The position numbers were made by a program, and so were the translations under genes. The notes under the pieces were generated by a model. The model was not told the DNA's origin, did not search any database, and was given only the letters and a program-made list of their open reading frames with translations. A stretch of 63,071 nt of DNA, counting the filler, from Lenisia limosa (taxonomy: Eukaryota; Protista; Breviatea), in NCBI GenBank assembly GCA_001655205.1. It is 12 parts of 12 records of this genome, joined end to end, with 100 filler letters (N's around TTAATTAATTAA, not from the genome) between each part and the next. Parts side by side here need not be neighbours in the genome. Positions count along the whole stretch, not along the records: positions 19,992 to 28,755 come from LPNZ01006666.1; positions 28,856 to 30,702 come from LPNZ01002779.1; positions 30,803 to 33,865 come from LPNZ01002200.1; positions 33,966 to 35,279 come from LPNZ01001927.1; positions 35,380 to 36,524 come from LPNZ01008511.1; positions 36,625 to 54,082 come from LPNZ01011037.1; 6 more parts are not named here. The stretch is one strand, 5' to 3'. Shown in pieces: positions 25,964 to 39,230 of the stretch (its first letter is position 1; the number at the start of each line of letters is the position of its first letter).

Positions 25964-28262
25964 GGAATAGTGGTGCTCCAACTCACTGCACGTCCTGTGA
26001 ACTCCCTGTCCAAAACTGTCCTTGTTGAACTCTCAACAGTGGGTTGGGTTGGTAATTGTCCTTTCATTAGTATCACATGTGTGGACGGCTTCGGCCTGAT
26101 ACACTAATTTTGTTATTTTTGATTGCTATATATATCACATGATCGAATATCATTTTTTGTTTCCCAAAACAGTTTCTTTGTCCAAGGACTCTTCGCCGCG
26201 GTTCTAAAAATGATAGCTACATATACAGTGATCGGATAAGTCTTGACCCATTTGCTCAATGATTTCCCAAGGAATAGGTCAAGACTTATCCCAGTCTCTG
26301 TTAGATGTATTGAATCATAATTCTCCGTTGTGTACCCAGACCATTAATGACAACCACAGGCCTTGAAAGCATTGGAAAAGGATCCTACAGTCCAAGTTCT
26401 TATTCTTTTGAGTTTAATAAAGGGTATCTTCTCTGCAGGTAATTGGTTACATATGGCAGATTTTATACCTATTAATCCCACAATGAGTTGTTTGACTTTA
26501 TTCTTCCCAATACCTCATGATACAGGCATGGACTTGAACACTCTTGGGTTTGCTGATGAGGCAGATTTCCGACTCTATTGGCATGAAGTGGGTACACAAA
26601 TTATTGTATACTGCAATATAAGAATCCAATAAGTGTCTACTCAAAACATGCTGAACTTACACAAACAGTCATTTAGATGAAAACAAATATTAAACATTCA
26701 AATGTTGATGATTTCTAAACATTTCAGGTTGTTTTGTTCTTCTCCTCCCTCTACATTACAAGGCTCTACACAATTGCTCTTATCAATGGTATGCTACGTC
26801 AAGACAACACTTAAAAAAGAACGAACAATATGTGGCAATCTACAAAAGGAATGTCTCAAGAAAACGTTTAAATAACCCAAAACCCAATGCCTTCCATAAA
26901 CTTGATTTCAGGACAAAGTCCTGCAGGAGGATGTATTTTGAGCCTCTGCTGCAATCACGTGATTATGACAGACGGTGAGCTTAGAGTTCTTTTGATTATT
27001 ATCCAAACACTTTGTATCCCTCTTTTCTCTTCATATTCATAATCTAGGACAGCACCGAATTGGACTAAATGAAGCTTTGTTTGGCGTTACTGCTCCCACC
27101 TGGTAGGGATTAGACCAGTTTACATACCTCGTGTACATTGGAAATAATGGATTATTTCTGTATGTAATCATTTTCACAGATCCTTTTTGGAACCCTGCTT
27201 TTTTCATTCAATTTTCAAAAAATCTATGAAAACCTCAAGTAGTTCAGTATCTAATCGTATAGGGCAATTCAAATGATGAGAGATAAGCTCACCAACAACA
27301 AAGTCCTCGGCTCTCTTGTTGAAGGTTGGTGTTTCACTGTAATCATATGCATTTCTTGAAATGATCACTCCATAAATCAGACGCGAATGATATACATTTA
27401 CTTTTAGGTGTGTGTTTTGCATTTATATTCACAGGGACGATGTTTAATCCAGTTGACGCTCAACGGATGGGCCTCGTCAATAGCGTTGTGCCAGCCGGGA
27501 CCGAAATGAATGTTGCCATGGCTAAGGCTCTGAAGGTTCATGGGCGTCACTGTTAATCTTGTCAACAATACAGTCAAATTGAGAAATGTTTAGCTTTATG
27601 AGTTTAGAATAAAGCCAAAATTTGAATGACCATTAAGATTCTTCGATTACCAGCGTCAGGACGGGTCAATGTAAAGCAAATCCTCAGAGAAAAACTTGCC
27701 AATCAGTTGGGTGTCTTTTTGTCAACTTTCACTCTTTTTGTTTTGAACAACGTGTTTCTCCATAGGGGAGGGGTTATAGTTGGGCGTGGTTTTTTTTTTT
27801 TGTACATAGCTACAATTATTTCATTCACCCCCACAGCATGCTTACAGAAATCAAATCTGATACGCAACACGCATGGACTCATGTCAGTAATCCCGAAACA
27901 AGAAAGGTGTGTGGTTTGAGGAAATTGGCTATTTTTTGGAAGGTTTTGAAGTGCCTTTTGTGGATTTCGCTCGCTTTACGGTTCAAAATGAGCCAGCGTG
28001 GTTGTCTAATGAACCATTGGGGTAAATAAACTTGCGTATATATAATTCACAGCCCTCTTGTCGGTTTTTGGATAAAACAGTCATGAACCAAGGGAGTATC
28101 AAACAAGATATATCTGTAATTAAACATGATATGGAATAGTATGTGTACGGAGCCTGGTGTTGAAGTACTCGTACTATAGCCCACAAAGCCTCTTTTTATA
28201 TCTTATTCATCCAGAACATTCGACTGTATCTGAAGATTCTCAGCCAAAAAGCCAAGCTCTAG
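25964..28262 (+). CDS. ECI1: Delta3,delta2-enoyl-CoA isomerase (crotonase family); N-terminus not resolved
   Basis: Eleven spliced exons give GIVVLQLTARPVNSLSKTVLVEL...IFSAGMDL...TIALINGQSPAGGCILSLCCNHVIMTDGQHRIGLNEALFGVTAPTW...GTMFNPVDAQRMGLVNSVV...NIRLYLKILSQKAKL*, collinear with ECI1 motifs (PVNSL, FSAGLD, INGACPAGGC, IGLNE..LGI.AP.W). Confidence 0.9.
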
Positions 28263-29544
28263 AACATATACTACTATCTATGAATCAATTCATCAATTGT
28301 AAATAGGGCTTCCCTACGGTCCCAAAAAAGACTGAATTTATCGATTAATCCTCGATAAATATCGATATTTTCACAGTCTTTTTCGGACCGTAGGGAAGCC
28401 CTAATTGTGAAACAACAAACAAAGCCTTGAAGCTGTTAAACATCTCTGATCACATATCACTTCTCCATGCACTACAAAATACGCTGTATTTGCGGCTCTC
28501 AGATGAAACAAGAAAAAAACAGATAAAATAATTTACAGAAAGTACATCAAGGGGGTCTATTTGGAAAAGTTACGGTCCTGCGAGAATGAGACGTTTTTAT
28601 GTAGTTTAAGTACAAACGGTTTATGGTAAGTATCAAACACAGAAAAACCTATATCGATATCAAATACGTAATATCCCACTCCTTTTCCAAGAATCATATT
28701 CAACTCATCTAAAAAAAGGGGGGTGGCATTTTTGAAAAACGTCCGCTGTTAAAAANNNNNNNNNNNNNNNNNNNNNNNNNNNNNNNNNNNNNNNNNNNNT
28801 TAATTAATTAANNNNNNNNNNNNNNNNNNNNNNNNNNNNNNNNNNNNNNNNNNNNTCCTATTATACATTGATCCAATATCTCTTATAAGCGCGATGGTGT
28901 AGACCGCTTCGGCCAGATACAACCTTATTTTTTATTTCTCATTGCTATATTATATAGTACTTACTTTCAAGTGACACAATACTACGAACCAGTTTTAAAA
29001 TATCGCTAATTTGACAGAAAGAAATCTTTTTCGAATAGAGCCGAACTACCCCCCTGCCCTAATCCAGATCGAAGATCCCCTACAAACCTTGCTCCAAGCC
29101 AAATCTAAGATCTCGCTGGTGTGGCCGTAAAATGTGCGGAACGCCCGAGTGCTGAATACAGGGCTAAGATAGGGGTCTGGTTGGCCATGAGCATTGAGCG
29201 TAAGTTCAACTGGGATTTGCGGGGGGATGGTACCCCTATCATGCGACGCATTTGTTTCACTACATGGCGTGAAATAGAACTTCTTCGAAAATAAGAGATA
29301 TCAACCCAATGGCTAAAGCAGAGTTTCAAGTTGGAAAGTTGTCAGTTATGCAAAGCAAGCTTTTTTTCACATCATACACGAACGTGATTTATGTCTTTTA
29401 CCTCCACTCCCTTTTCAAAATAAAGAGTTAATTATCAATAACAAAATAGATCAAGAAAAAAAATCACTTCAAGGAAGGTTTTATTTAAGACATGTTTCTA
29501 AATACTGGCTTTGTACAACTACTGTAATAAGTGTAACTAATATT

Positions 29545-30547
29545 AGCCCGCCCACAGTTCCCTTTTGAACTCGCCAGAAAGTCGGTAAGGTCGGCGTCTG
29601 TAGCACATTAGTTATATTAGTTGAATTATGTAGAAATTAAAACAAGGTTATATCTGGCGAAGCAGTCCATAATTGTAATATTAATTAAATAGTTGCATTT
29701 AGTTTCATTTCCAGGGTTTTGATATGTCCCACCCACCCATCCTGGCTGTTTCTGAACCCTTCATTGGATCGGCGCTTCTCAATTGATATTCGCTAAAGAT
29801 GTAAAGGGACGTTACGATGGGAAGAATTGTCAAGACTTAAAGGGATGCTAAGATGGGAGGAATTGTCCAGAAGGGATGAGACGAATCTAGAAGGGTTCAT
29901 CCAGAGTAGAGCAGTACCATTGAGACTTGTCGGTCAATTATCACAAAAGTGATTATGCGGTATCATATCAATCAATGTAGAACACAAAAGTGCTCGATAC
30001 CAAAGCACCCCGCCGCCCACCCCAGCGGTTGGGTCCTCCTGTGCTGAAAGCAGCGTTTCACTGATATCGTTTTGTTGTGCGTCATCTGAATTATTAGGCG
30101 GGTGTATAAACTATAAGGAGTGGGGGGGGGGGACNNNNNNNNNNNNNNNNNNNNNNNNNNNNNNNNNNNNNNNNNNNNNNNNNNNNNNNNNNNNNNNNNN
30201 NNNNNNNNNNNNNNNNNNNNNNNNNNNNNNNNNNNNNNNNNNNNNNNNNNNNNNNNNNNNNNNNNNNNNNNNNNATACAGTGACCGGGATAAGTCTTGAC
30301 CGATTTGCTCTGTGATTTCCCCAAAGAAAATCGGTTAAGACTTATCCCGGTCAGGTAGAAACTATAAGGAGGGGGGTATACCTTTCACAAGATTTATAGT
30401 CATGAAAATATTCTAAACATGAATTACGCAGTAATAGGGTTATCACACACCTTGGGCTTGGTACAGCTTCCACACACGGACGACCATATCCTGTCCCCCC
30501 GTAGCGAGCAGGGTTCCTTCTGTGTTGAATGAAGCCGCCCAAATCGC
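29545..30547 (-). CDS. WD40-repeat protein fragment (WDR44-like)
   Basis: Exon 30451-30547 reads AIWAASFNTEGTLLATGGQDMVVRVWKLYQAQ, a canonical WD40 repeat resembling the first repeat of WDR44. Weaker downstream exons near 30000-30085 and 29555-29598. Confidence 0.55.
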
Positions 30548-31078
30548 CTGCGAAGTCATCATATGCATACATGTATAGATACATATTGTATTATGTAGAG
30601 ATGAGAAAGAAAATGAGGTTGTATCTGGCCGAATCCGTCCACACCACACCGTCACACTTCTAAGAGAGTACTTAAAGCCGGTAAGATATTATAATAAGAG
30701 ACNNNNNNNNNNNNNNNNNNNNNNNNNNNNNNNNNNNNNNNNNNNNTTAATTAATTAANNNNNNNNNNNNNNNNNNNNNNNNNNNNNNNNNNNNNNNNNN
30801 NNATTAAGAAACAAAAAAAAAAAACAACACTAGTTGGGGTGAGGGGTGGGGGCTACTTATCAATTTTGTCAAGATTGTGGAACCTGCCCTACTTATCAAT
30901 ATGGTCAAGATTGTCGAACTCATTGTCATCAAAGATTTCCTCCGAATTGAGCATCGGGTCGCAAGTCATCATGGAGCCTGGGGTATGAAGAGAGAGAGAA
31001 AAAGAGAGAATAAAAGAGAGAAGAAAAAAGAAAAGAGAAAGAGAAAAAAAAGGAAGACTGAAACAAAAATAAAAAAAT

Positions 31079-31150
31079 TACCACATCCGGGAGTCGAACC
31101 CGGGCCGTCTGCTTGGAAGGCAGAAATCCTAGCCGTTGGACCAATGTAGT
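31079..31150 (-). tRNA. tRNA-Gly (anticodon UCC), intronless, 72 nt
   Basis: Minus: ACTACAT TG GTCC AACGGCTA GGAT T TCTGC CT-TCC-AA GCAGA CGGC CCGGG TTCGACT CCCGG ATGTGGT A. Full cloverleaf, A and B boxes, oligo-T Pol III terminator immediately downstream. Confidence 0.92.
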
Positions 31151-31411
31151 TCATGAAGATATAGGTTACAATTTCATTTCCGATGATAATCGAAAAATTA
31201 AATTTTCCGTATTTTTTTGGGGCACAGATTTTGATTCCCCCCTTTTTTTTCCCTTCCTGTTCCTGTCGTTTTCTGTGGGTGTTTTTCTTTGTATACAGTA
31301 AACCGCCGAATCTCTACGATTCTAGTTTCAATAGGAACCTTAATTCAATTTTTAATTCATTTCTTATGGTCCTTGTTTCAATGATTCGCTAGGAGTACAA
31401 AGAGAGCATAC

Positions 31412-33470
31412 CAGCAATGGTGTCCATGGCATCGTGAATGCGGAAAGCCGTTCGGCCGAAGGCCACTTTATCACCATCAATTAGGTCGACTGTGGGGGGA
31501 ACAGATTAATGAGGGAGTGTAAAATTGGAAAAAATTTCACATCATTAAAAGATAAAGAAGACCCACATTGACATCAATAAAAGATATAAGACCCACATTC
31601 ACATCAATAAAAGATATAAGACCCACATTCACATCCAGGCTCAACGGGGTTCTTGCGGCCGTTAGAACGCGTCACAGATACTGGATAGTTATTGGAGCAG
31701 AACAGAACAGATACCCCTTTCTTTAATATTGTATCTTCATGAACTCCACCCTCCAAACCCCTGTTTCCTGCCTATTTGACTGATCACCCAGGTACTCCCT
31801 TAGCCCCCCCCTCATACCCCTGTTTCCAGAGGAGATGTTCTTAACGAGAGGGGAGCTCGAAGAGATAAAGAACAGTCCATGTACACGCGAGACACTGTTG
31901 TCACCTTTCTTGGGGTCTGGGGGGGGGGGTGAGTAAAACAAAGGAAATTTCGATGCAGAATATTGGTGTATGAAACAAAAATAAAAACAACCAAACATCA
32001 AGTTTGTTGGCTAACAACACACGAGGTTAAGAACAACAACAACAACAAAAAAAAAAAAAAAAANNNNNNNNNNNNNNNNNNNNNNNNNNNNNNNNNNNNN
32101 NNNNNNNNNNNNNNNNNNNNNNNNNNNNNNNNNNNNNNNNNNNNNNNNNNNNNNNNNNNNNNNNNNNNNNNNNNNNNNNNNNNNTTGCCCAAAAAACAGC
32201 CCCCCTCACCTTGCTCCAGGCCAGGGACAACAATTTCATTTGACGGGTTACGGCCGACTTTTGACCCCGTACCCTCGAGGACAGTGAAGTTCTTAGCGGT
32301 GAGATGGAGTTTGACAACACACGAGAGAGGGGTGTGTGTATAGTGCAGCAATGGGAAATAAAAAATAAGGATGTATCTGGCCAAAGCAGTCCACACCATC
32401 ACACAATCACACCATCAGCTTATAAGAGATTTTGAATATAGCATAATATTAATTCACCCAATCATTTGCCTTACAACTCTGTGCACACAGCTTTCTGCGT
32501 GCCTCCCCAGCATACAGTATTACATATAATTAGGGCTTCCCTACGGTCCCAAAATACGGATTTTTTTCGATAAATCCTCGATAAATATCGTTATTTTACC
32601 GGTCTTTTTCGGATCGTTGGGGAAGCCCAACGTATAATAGCCCCCCCCACCTTGCCCTTAATTGCACCCGTTAGACCTTCTACGACGAACTTCCGTCCTG
32701 TTCGAACAGCTAAATGGGTGACTCCAATACAGTGACAATGTTATTAAAAGAAAATGTCTAGGGCTTCCCTACGGTCCCAAAAAAACCGAATCTCTCGATA
32801 AATCCTCGTTTTTCGGACCGTAGTAAAGCCTTAATAACACCCCATAAAACGAGCAACATAAACAAAAGGGCTCAGCATATGACCGATCACGGATCCGATA
32901 ACAAAACATCATATTAGAGTCGAGAAATAAAACAAAACAAGACCACCACGCTTATAATTGGATTATAATATGATCATATTAATTCACGAGGCATACACCA
33001 AGTATTTATTAAAATAATATCTCATTAAACAAAGAAACATAATATCCATATCCAATCATAACACAAAACAAAAGCCCACTTGATGACACCGGGGTAATGA
33101 AGGATTTACTTTTGGCCTTAGGGGACACGACTTCATCCTTAGCTGCTGACTGAGTCTAAGGTTGTTACGTGGGAGGGGGCGGGAATTGGACAATTTTATG
33201 AAAAAAAAGAGATCAAAATCACTGTAAAAATGAACAAATACCCACTGCCAGGCCTCATATCCCCCCCCTCCCAGTCGCAAATTCACCCCCTCCCACCTCC
33301 AGCAGCTATTAGTGTATACTCAAGGTCCAAAATTATGTCATTAATTCGAATTACTGTCATAAATTATTTACGATCGCCAAATCGACTCTTCCAACCCACT
33401 GTTTGCCTTGGGGATCGCGGGGAGGACTTTTTGCTTCTGAAGTTGTTCAGTGGCCCCTTTTTCTTCTGCA
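31412..33470 (-). CDS. FHA-domain protein, partial
   Basis: Phase-consistent exons ~32651-32710, 32210-32291, 31818-31916, 31633-31680, 31412-31489 give EGLTGAIKGKNFTVLEGTGSKVGRNPSNEIVVPGLEQDPKKGDNSVSRVHGLFFI...DLIDGDKVAFGRTAF (FHA GR, SR.H and L.DGD.I.FG motifs). Weaker upstream exons near 33090-33158 and 33372-33467. Confidence 0.8.
32343..32512 (+). repeat. Dispersed repeat family C (non-TIR, up to ~170 bp); longest copy
   Basis: Core GTATCTGGCCGAAGCCGTCCACACCATCACGCTTATAAGAGATATTGG. Plus copies near 13046, 21375, 29620, 30598, 51590; minus copies near 22855, 26088, 28856, 36355, 39272. Confidence 0.85.
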
Positions 33471-36400
33471 AAAATTAGGTTTTTACACAAATAAACAAAT
33501 ATTAGGTTTTTACACAAACAAAGATTAGGTTTGATCACAAATTTACACCCAAATAAAGTTGTAGAAAGGAAATACAATGAAGAAATAAAGGGCAGAGGAA
33601 GAAAATAAAGAAAGGGCAGGTTTTAGATTTTGAGCAAAACATTCTATAATCATTTCTCACCCACATTCCTCTTCTGAACTTTCGATCCTGGAGAGTGGAA
33701 AAAACTATCAGAGATCTTACGTAACCCCAGCCCCCCCCCCACACACATCATATGCTACATGTAATAAAATCACCAGGTTTCCTATGGTCTGAAAAAGACC
33801 GGTAAAATATCGATATTTATGGAGGAGGATATATTGAGAAATTCAAAATTTTTTTTTTTGGGGCCNNNNNNNNNNNNNNNNNNNNNNNNNNNNNNNNNNN
33901 NNNNNNNNNTTAATTAATTAANNNNNNNNNNNNNNNNNNNNNNNNNNNNNNNNNNNNNNNNNNNNGTTATGTATGGTCACCTATATACAGTAAACAATGT
34001 ATGTGAAGATATGTATACCATTTACTTTGTAACAAACCGCATTAAGCTGAAATTTGTTCGTGTTAAATATTTAGATTCTATGTTCGAAGCCCGAAGCATT
34101 TTGGCAAAATGGCAATGGGCACACCGTATCACTTGCATTTCTAAAAAGGTGAGGGAGAAATATAAATTTGTGGAAATCATATGTAGTTTCACTTTTGAAT
34201 GTGATTAAAGCAAGTGAATATTATTTGCGAAAGTGGTTCTCTTGGAAGCTTCGACCAGATTCCTTTTTTTTTTTATTCATCATTTTTCTATAAAGAATTC
34301 TAGCTTCGCACATCATTTCTCTTCTCAAAGTTACCTGAGATAGGTACCACCCTGAACTACTAATGCCGTGGCTGCTCTACACACATTCGTGCTCAGTGGA
34401 GTTGGCCGAACACATCTTCGCAACTCTTCAGGATTGTGGTGAGTTCTTTCGTCAGATCAACGTTCCTCAGCTTCACATGTTTCTGACTGATTACTGCAGA
34501 AGGTGGGGGAAGGGGAAACATGTTGATCATTGATACGGAAGAATAATCGAATTTCGTCTTTTCATTTTTCAGAAAACGAAGGACCAATAAAAAGCGAAAA
34601 AAAGTGGTGATCAACTTCTTTGAAAAAGTGAGGAATTGTCATACACACGTCACTTTTCTCATTTTGCAACATATTCTTACGTGTGCTGCTTTTCAACAAA
34701 TATTACAGTCCCTGATATGTTTCACGGGTTATAATGTCCCATCAGTATGTTATCCATTTCGGAACTTAGTTGTCAAGATTCCGTCTCAATTGTCGACTTA
34801 AACCATAGCTCGCGTCAGAGTTTGAGCACAACAGCGAAATCCACGGCCTTGCTTCAGAAGCAGCTGTAGTGAAGAAGATTCGCGAGCATTCCAGCGCGGC
34901 CCTCCCATCACCAAGTCCAGTCAAGGAGTCAATCGGTCTGATCTGCAAACGAAGACGTATGCGCTAGGCCTGAAAGCCCGACTATGTAATCAATCACACA
35001 TCAAGATAACATATTACTGTATTTCTTCTTGCATTAATGTCACATCATTCGATCCCCCTTATCAAAGCCTGTTTCGGCTATACAGCTTTAGCTCAAAGAC
35101 AGGGAAACCCATACTCCTCAGAAAAACCCTCCATAGAAGTGGAAAATAAAATGAATCACGTGACATCACTACATCCTATGGAACCCAGGACCAGCCGCCA
35201 CACTCCCGGCCAGTTTCTTGGTGCGGTTTGCGGGAGCGTGCGAAGTGCGCGTAGCAGCTGCCTGGCTGGCTATTATCGANNNNNNNNNNNNNNNNNNNNN
35301 NNNNNNNNNNNNNNNNNNNNNNNTTAATTAATTAANNNNNNNNNNNNNNNNNNNNNNNNNNNNNNNNNNNNNNNNNNNNATGAAACATCGCCCACAAACC
35401 TTCCGTAAACTTTCAGGGAGCAGCAATTCAACTGATTGGTCCGGTGAAAAAGTTAACATACATCCGAGGCCCTTAATCTTGAATTTATTTTAAAAAAACA
35501 CAGTGCTTACCAGAGGAGGTGAAGGGCTTTGACTTTCGATAAAAAAAAAATGGAGTTGAAAAAATGAAACTCAGTGTTGCGGNNNNNNNNNNCATAAAGC
35601 CTAAAAAAATAAAAAATGACACGATATCGCAAAAATGACACGGTTTCTGCGCTGCAGCATATGTTCTCATTTACTACACCTAAATATAATTCAATTGATT
35701 CCTTAGATTGACATCAGAGGATTTGGATGTTGCTGCAGGTCAGTAGGATAATGGGCTCCCTTTTTTTCTGCTACGATGTACATGTACATATTCCGACTGA
35801 ATAAGATAAAGTGTACCTATCTTAACTATCCGATTATGTTAGATCAANNNNNNNNNNTAACCAAAACTTGATATTAACGAGCTATAAAGCCTAAAAAAAA
35901 TAAAAAATGACACGATATCGCAAAAATGACACGGTTTCTGCGCTACAGCAAATGTAATATTCAAAAAGACTAAAATAAGTCAATATCACCAAATATTAAA
36001 TGATATACATATAGTATGTATCACCAGATGTCTGTCAAAAATATTTGAAAATGCTGGGAAACCAAAGGAAAAATAGTTCAAAAGGCATTTGCATCAGTTT
36101 CCTTTTTAAGAAACTGCAAACAAATTTGCCTTAGTCGATCAATCAAACAAAGTATTATTTTTTGTGAAAAGCTGGGTTTGAGATTTAGGATATTTTCGGG
36201 GTCCTGTAACCCCAATTTTCACGTGATATTTACAGTAAATCCACTAAATAAGGTAACTGGATAATTATCTTGTCAAAACAATGAAATTGGTCGTAGTGAA
36301 AGGGTAAATATGAATCTCAAAACACTTTGACTGATAGCATTATCAAAACTGGCTTGTATACTATAATCCAATATCTCTTAATAAGCGTGATGGTTTGGAC

Positions 36401-36629
36401 GGTTTCTGCCAAATATACCTCGTTTTCTTTCACATCTTATTTCTCACCGTCACCCCCTCCAGGATTGGAATGTGCGTTTTTGGTGGCGAAACCGAAGAAG
36501 GCGTGTCTTCTGAGCTCTTTTTCCNNNNNNNNNNNNNNNNNNNNNNNNNNNNNNNNNNNNNNNNNNNNTTAATTAATTAANNNNNNNNNNNNNNNNNNNN
36601 NNNNNNNNNNNNNNNNNNNNNNNNCCCTG

Positions 36630-39230
36630 TTTTCGAAAGCACTACTCAGGCCTGACTTTTGTCAATCCCTCTTGGGCTTCGGCCTATTCTCTGACCCTGG
36701 GTCACCTCATCAATTATGGACTCTTATTTTGTATGACGCAGTCAGTCCTGGGGGTAGCCTCCCAAATAATGAACGCTGACGAAGGGGTAAATATTATATT
36801 GCCTCTCTTCCATGAAGTAAAATATGATGCTATAACATAGAGCAAGGAAGCAAAAAAGATGCCTTGCCGTGCTCATGAGTCCGAAACCTCGGGCTTAGAG
36901 TATCAGGCGGGTGTTGGGTCAAGCTGCGAAAGTGAGGCAACAGCTTCATGATAGTGGTGTCGACCAACTTTCTCTATTCGCCTCCAATAATCCTCTTCAT
37001 ATCTTGGGAATAATTTCTGCTATAGTCTGTTCGAATGTCCGCACAGCAAACGTGGGTCAAATCATAAATACAGCTTGGGAACGCTCACACAGCACCAATC
37101 TAAATCACTTAACAATAGCAATAATTTATATCTCTTCCCATTTATGAAACGACATGGCAGATCTATTTTTTGAACTGATTGATCATACAAAATACCCGGT
37201 AGCCAAAGCTACTTCGCTCGGCCAGACTCGCTTCCTTAAGAAATGCTGCCTACCCACGGGAACAATTCTGAATCATTAGGCTTCGAAGTTTGTGCCTGAA
37301 GGACTCAATCCAATGAAGTTCTGGCGTCAGCAAGCGTCAGTCGAAGGGCAAATGGAAGCGGCTACAAACCGCATCTAGTCATTCGGATTCAATACTCTCA
37401 TAAATCGGTTAATATTCGCAACGACATTAAATGTTCAATAGATTTATTGCCTGATAACTGTCAGTTCGACCTTCAAAGTCTCTCTATTTAATATAAATGC
37501 AATGTTCCTGTATCTAGACGCATCCTTAATCATATTAATGTAGCTAAGCACTGGAAAGCGCCAGACCTCTTGGAGGTTGAAAACTGTCCATGTCATCTTA
37601 ATCCTGATTATATATATCTATTTCCCCTTCTGATTGTCCTATTTCCCACGGGAATCATGGTTTAACGGGTAATCTTGCATGTTTTAAGAAAAGTAACCTC
37701 AATACACTCTGTGGTTGGTCGTCGTTATCGTTCCGATGATGATGGTCTAATCTACCTGCTGAAATGGAAGAACGCTTGCTACATCAGAAATAAGGTTGCA
37801 GCTCTGGATAATTCGGGACTCTGTCCTCCCTTCTTTGCGTTTCCCGACTTTATTGACCAAGTCACAACCAATGTAAGGACCCATATGGCTTCTTCCTGCA
37901 CCAGTGGTAGACCAGCACTGCGGCAAAATGACCTCAGGGTGCTGTCAAGAATACAGCAAGCCTTTGTCATTGTTCCAGCAGATAAAGCGACTTTCATCAT
38001 TGTCGTGAATACTATAACCATATTCTTTGGAATTAGCTTACAATCGTAATACTCTCACAGGCTTACTAATATTGAACGCAATTTACGCATGAGTGGGGAA
38101 AGTGGGAGAAGGTAACTCCTACCTCCACGCACTTCCTATAATGCATAAATCCCCAATAAGCTTCAGATTCATTACCAGTGGTAAAGATGTAATCGGCTCC
38201 GTACCTTCTAGGCTTTTTTGCTCCATGCTTTCCCATATCGAGAGTACACTGCATGCTAAAGACGTATTGAATATTGCTTCATCCAACGCCATCATATTAT
38301 AACCATTCTGCAGGCTGCACAACGAATTAATCACATTGGAACTGTCCATTCGCTGTGTATACATATGATTTCTCACCACTTTATGCCAAGTTCATACAGT
38401 CTGACCTCATAAATGATGTTAAGGTGGTTCAGTCCTTCTTTTTTTTTTTGGAAAAGAGTAATAAAAGTGTGGTAAGCAATTAAAAAGACCCTTGGGGAGA
38501 ATTCCGCAGGGTAATAAAAGTGTGGTAAGTAATTAAAAAGACCCTTTGGGAAAATTCCGCAGGGTAATTTATTTTGTATGAAATATCGTCGGGTAGAAAA
38601 ACATAAAAATGCCCATTTTCCCGACTTCCGCGTTTTTTTTTTACCTTTTTGGGGATGAAACACGATATTTGAGGAATTTGAACCACACTTTTAGAATTTT
38701 TTTCCAAAATCAAAAAAGGACTGAACCACCTTCGAAGCATAGTTCGAAGCCTTCCCCCTCATATTTTTGAACGGGATAACATCTCTATTGACCATCTGAA
38801 ATTATGTCTCAAATCTGGATTCGTTCAACGCCAACATGAAACCAATAGTCTTATCTAAATCTGATATCTACGATCTTTTTCACTATGTTGTTTCTTATAC
38901 GTATGTTCACAATGGTAATCTCACCTTTCATCAAAGGGTCTGCCTACCCATGATACCAATTTTTTTTTTCAAATTTAAGTTTGCATTTATGACACCCCAT
39001 CGAACAAAACTGAGGGCGCTTCTCCAAAGCAACCTCACCTCATAGACTAGGTGATCTCAGCTGAGACCTAGTCCTACTATTGAGCCACTTATAATCTGTT
39101 CTCCTTTGAAGACGTTATCAATTTTTACGATAATTTTCTTTAATAGAGCCTTTGATATCTGTAATTCAAACACTCTGGCACCTCCTGAATCTGTGGCATA
39201 AGACGGATTCAGGAGGGCCTACCTGGGTTA
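36630..39230 (+). mobile_element. Decayed Penelope-like retroelement (reverse transcriptase remnants)
   Basis: Ordered motifs across frameshifts and stops: NVPVSRRILNH..NCPCH (~37500-37600), FVIVPADKA (~37965-37990), YLHALPIMHKSPISFRFITSG (~38119-38182), TYDFSPLYA (~38362-38390), YDLFHYVVSYTYVHNGNLTFHQRVCLPM (~38868-38952). The element boundaries are approximate. Confidence 0.7.
38423..38730. mobile_element. Non-autonomous TIR element inserted in the Penelope-like remnant
   Basis: Terminal inverted repeats GGTGGTTCAGTCCTT...TTTTGGAAAA / TTTTCCAAAA...AAGGACTGAACCACC. Internal ~53-bp tandem duplication (~38460-38566). Left flank TTAA, right flank TTCG. Confidence 0.7.

Noticed and set aside
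29545-33470. FHA and WD40 exons forming one FHA-WD40 gene
   Set aside because: They are separated by an artificial spacer (30702-30802) and a tRNA gene, so linkage is unsupported.
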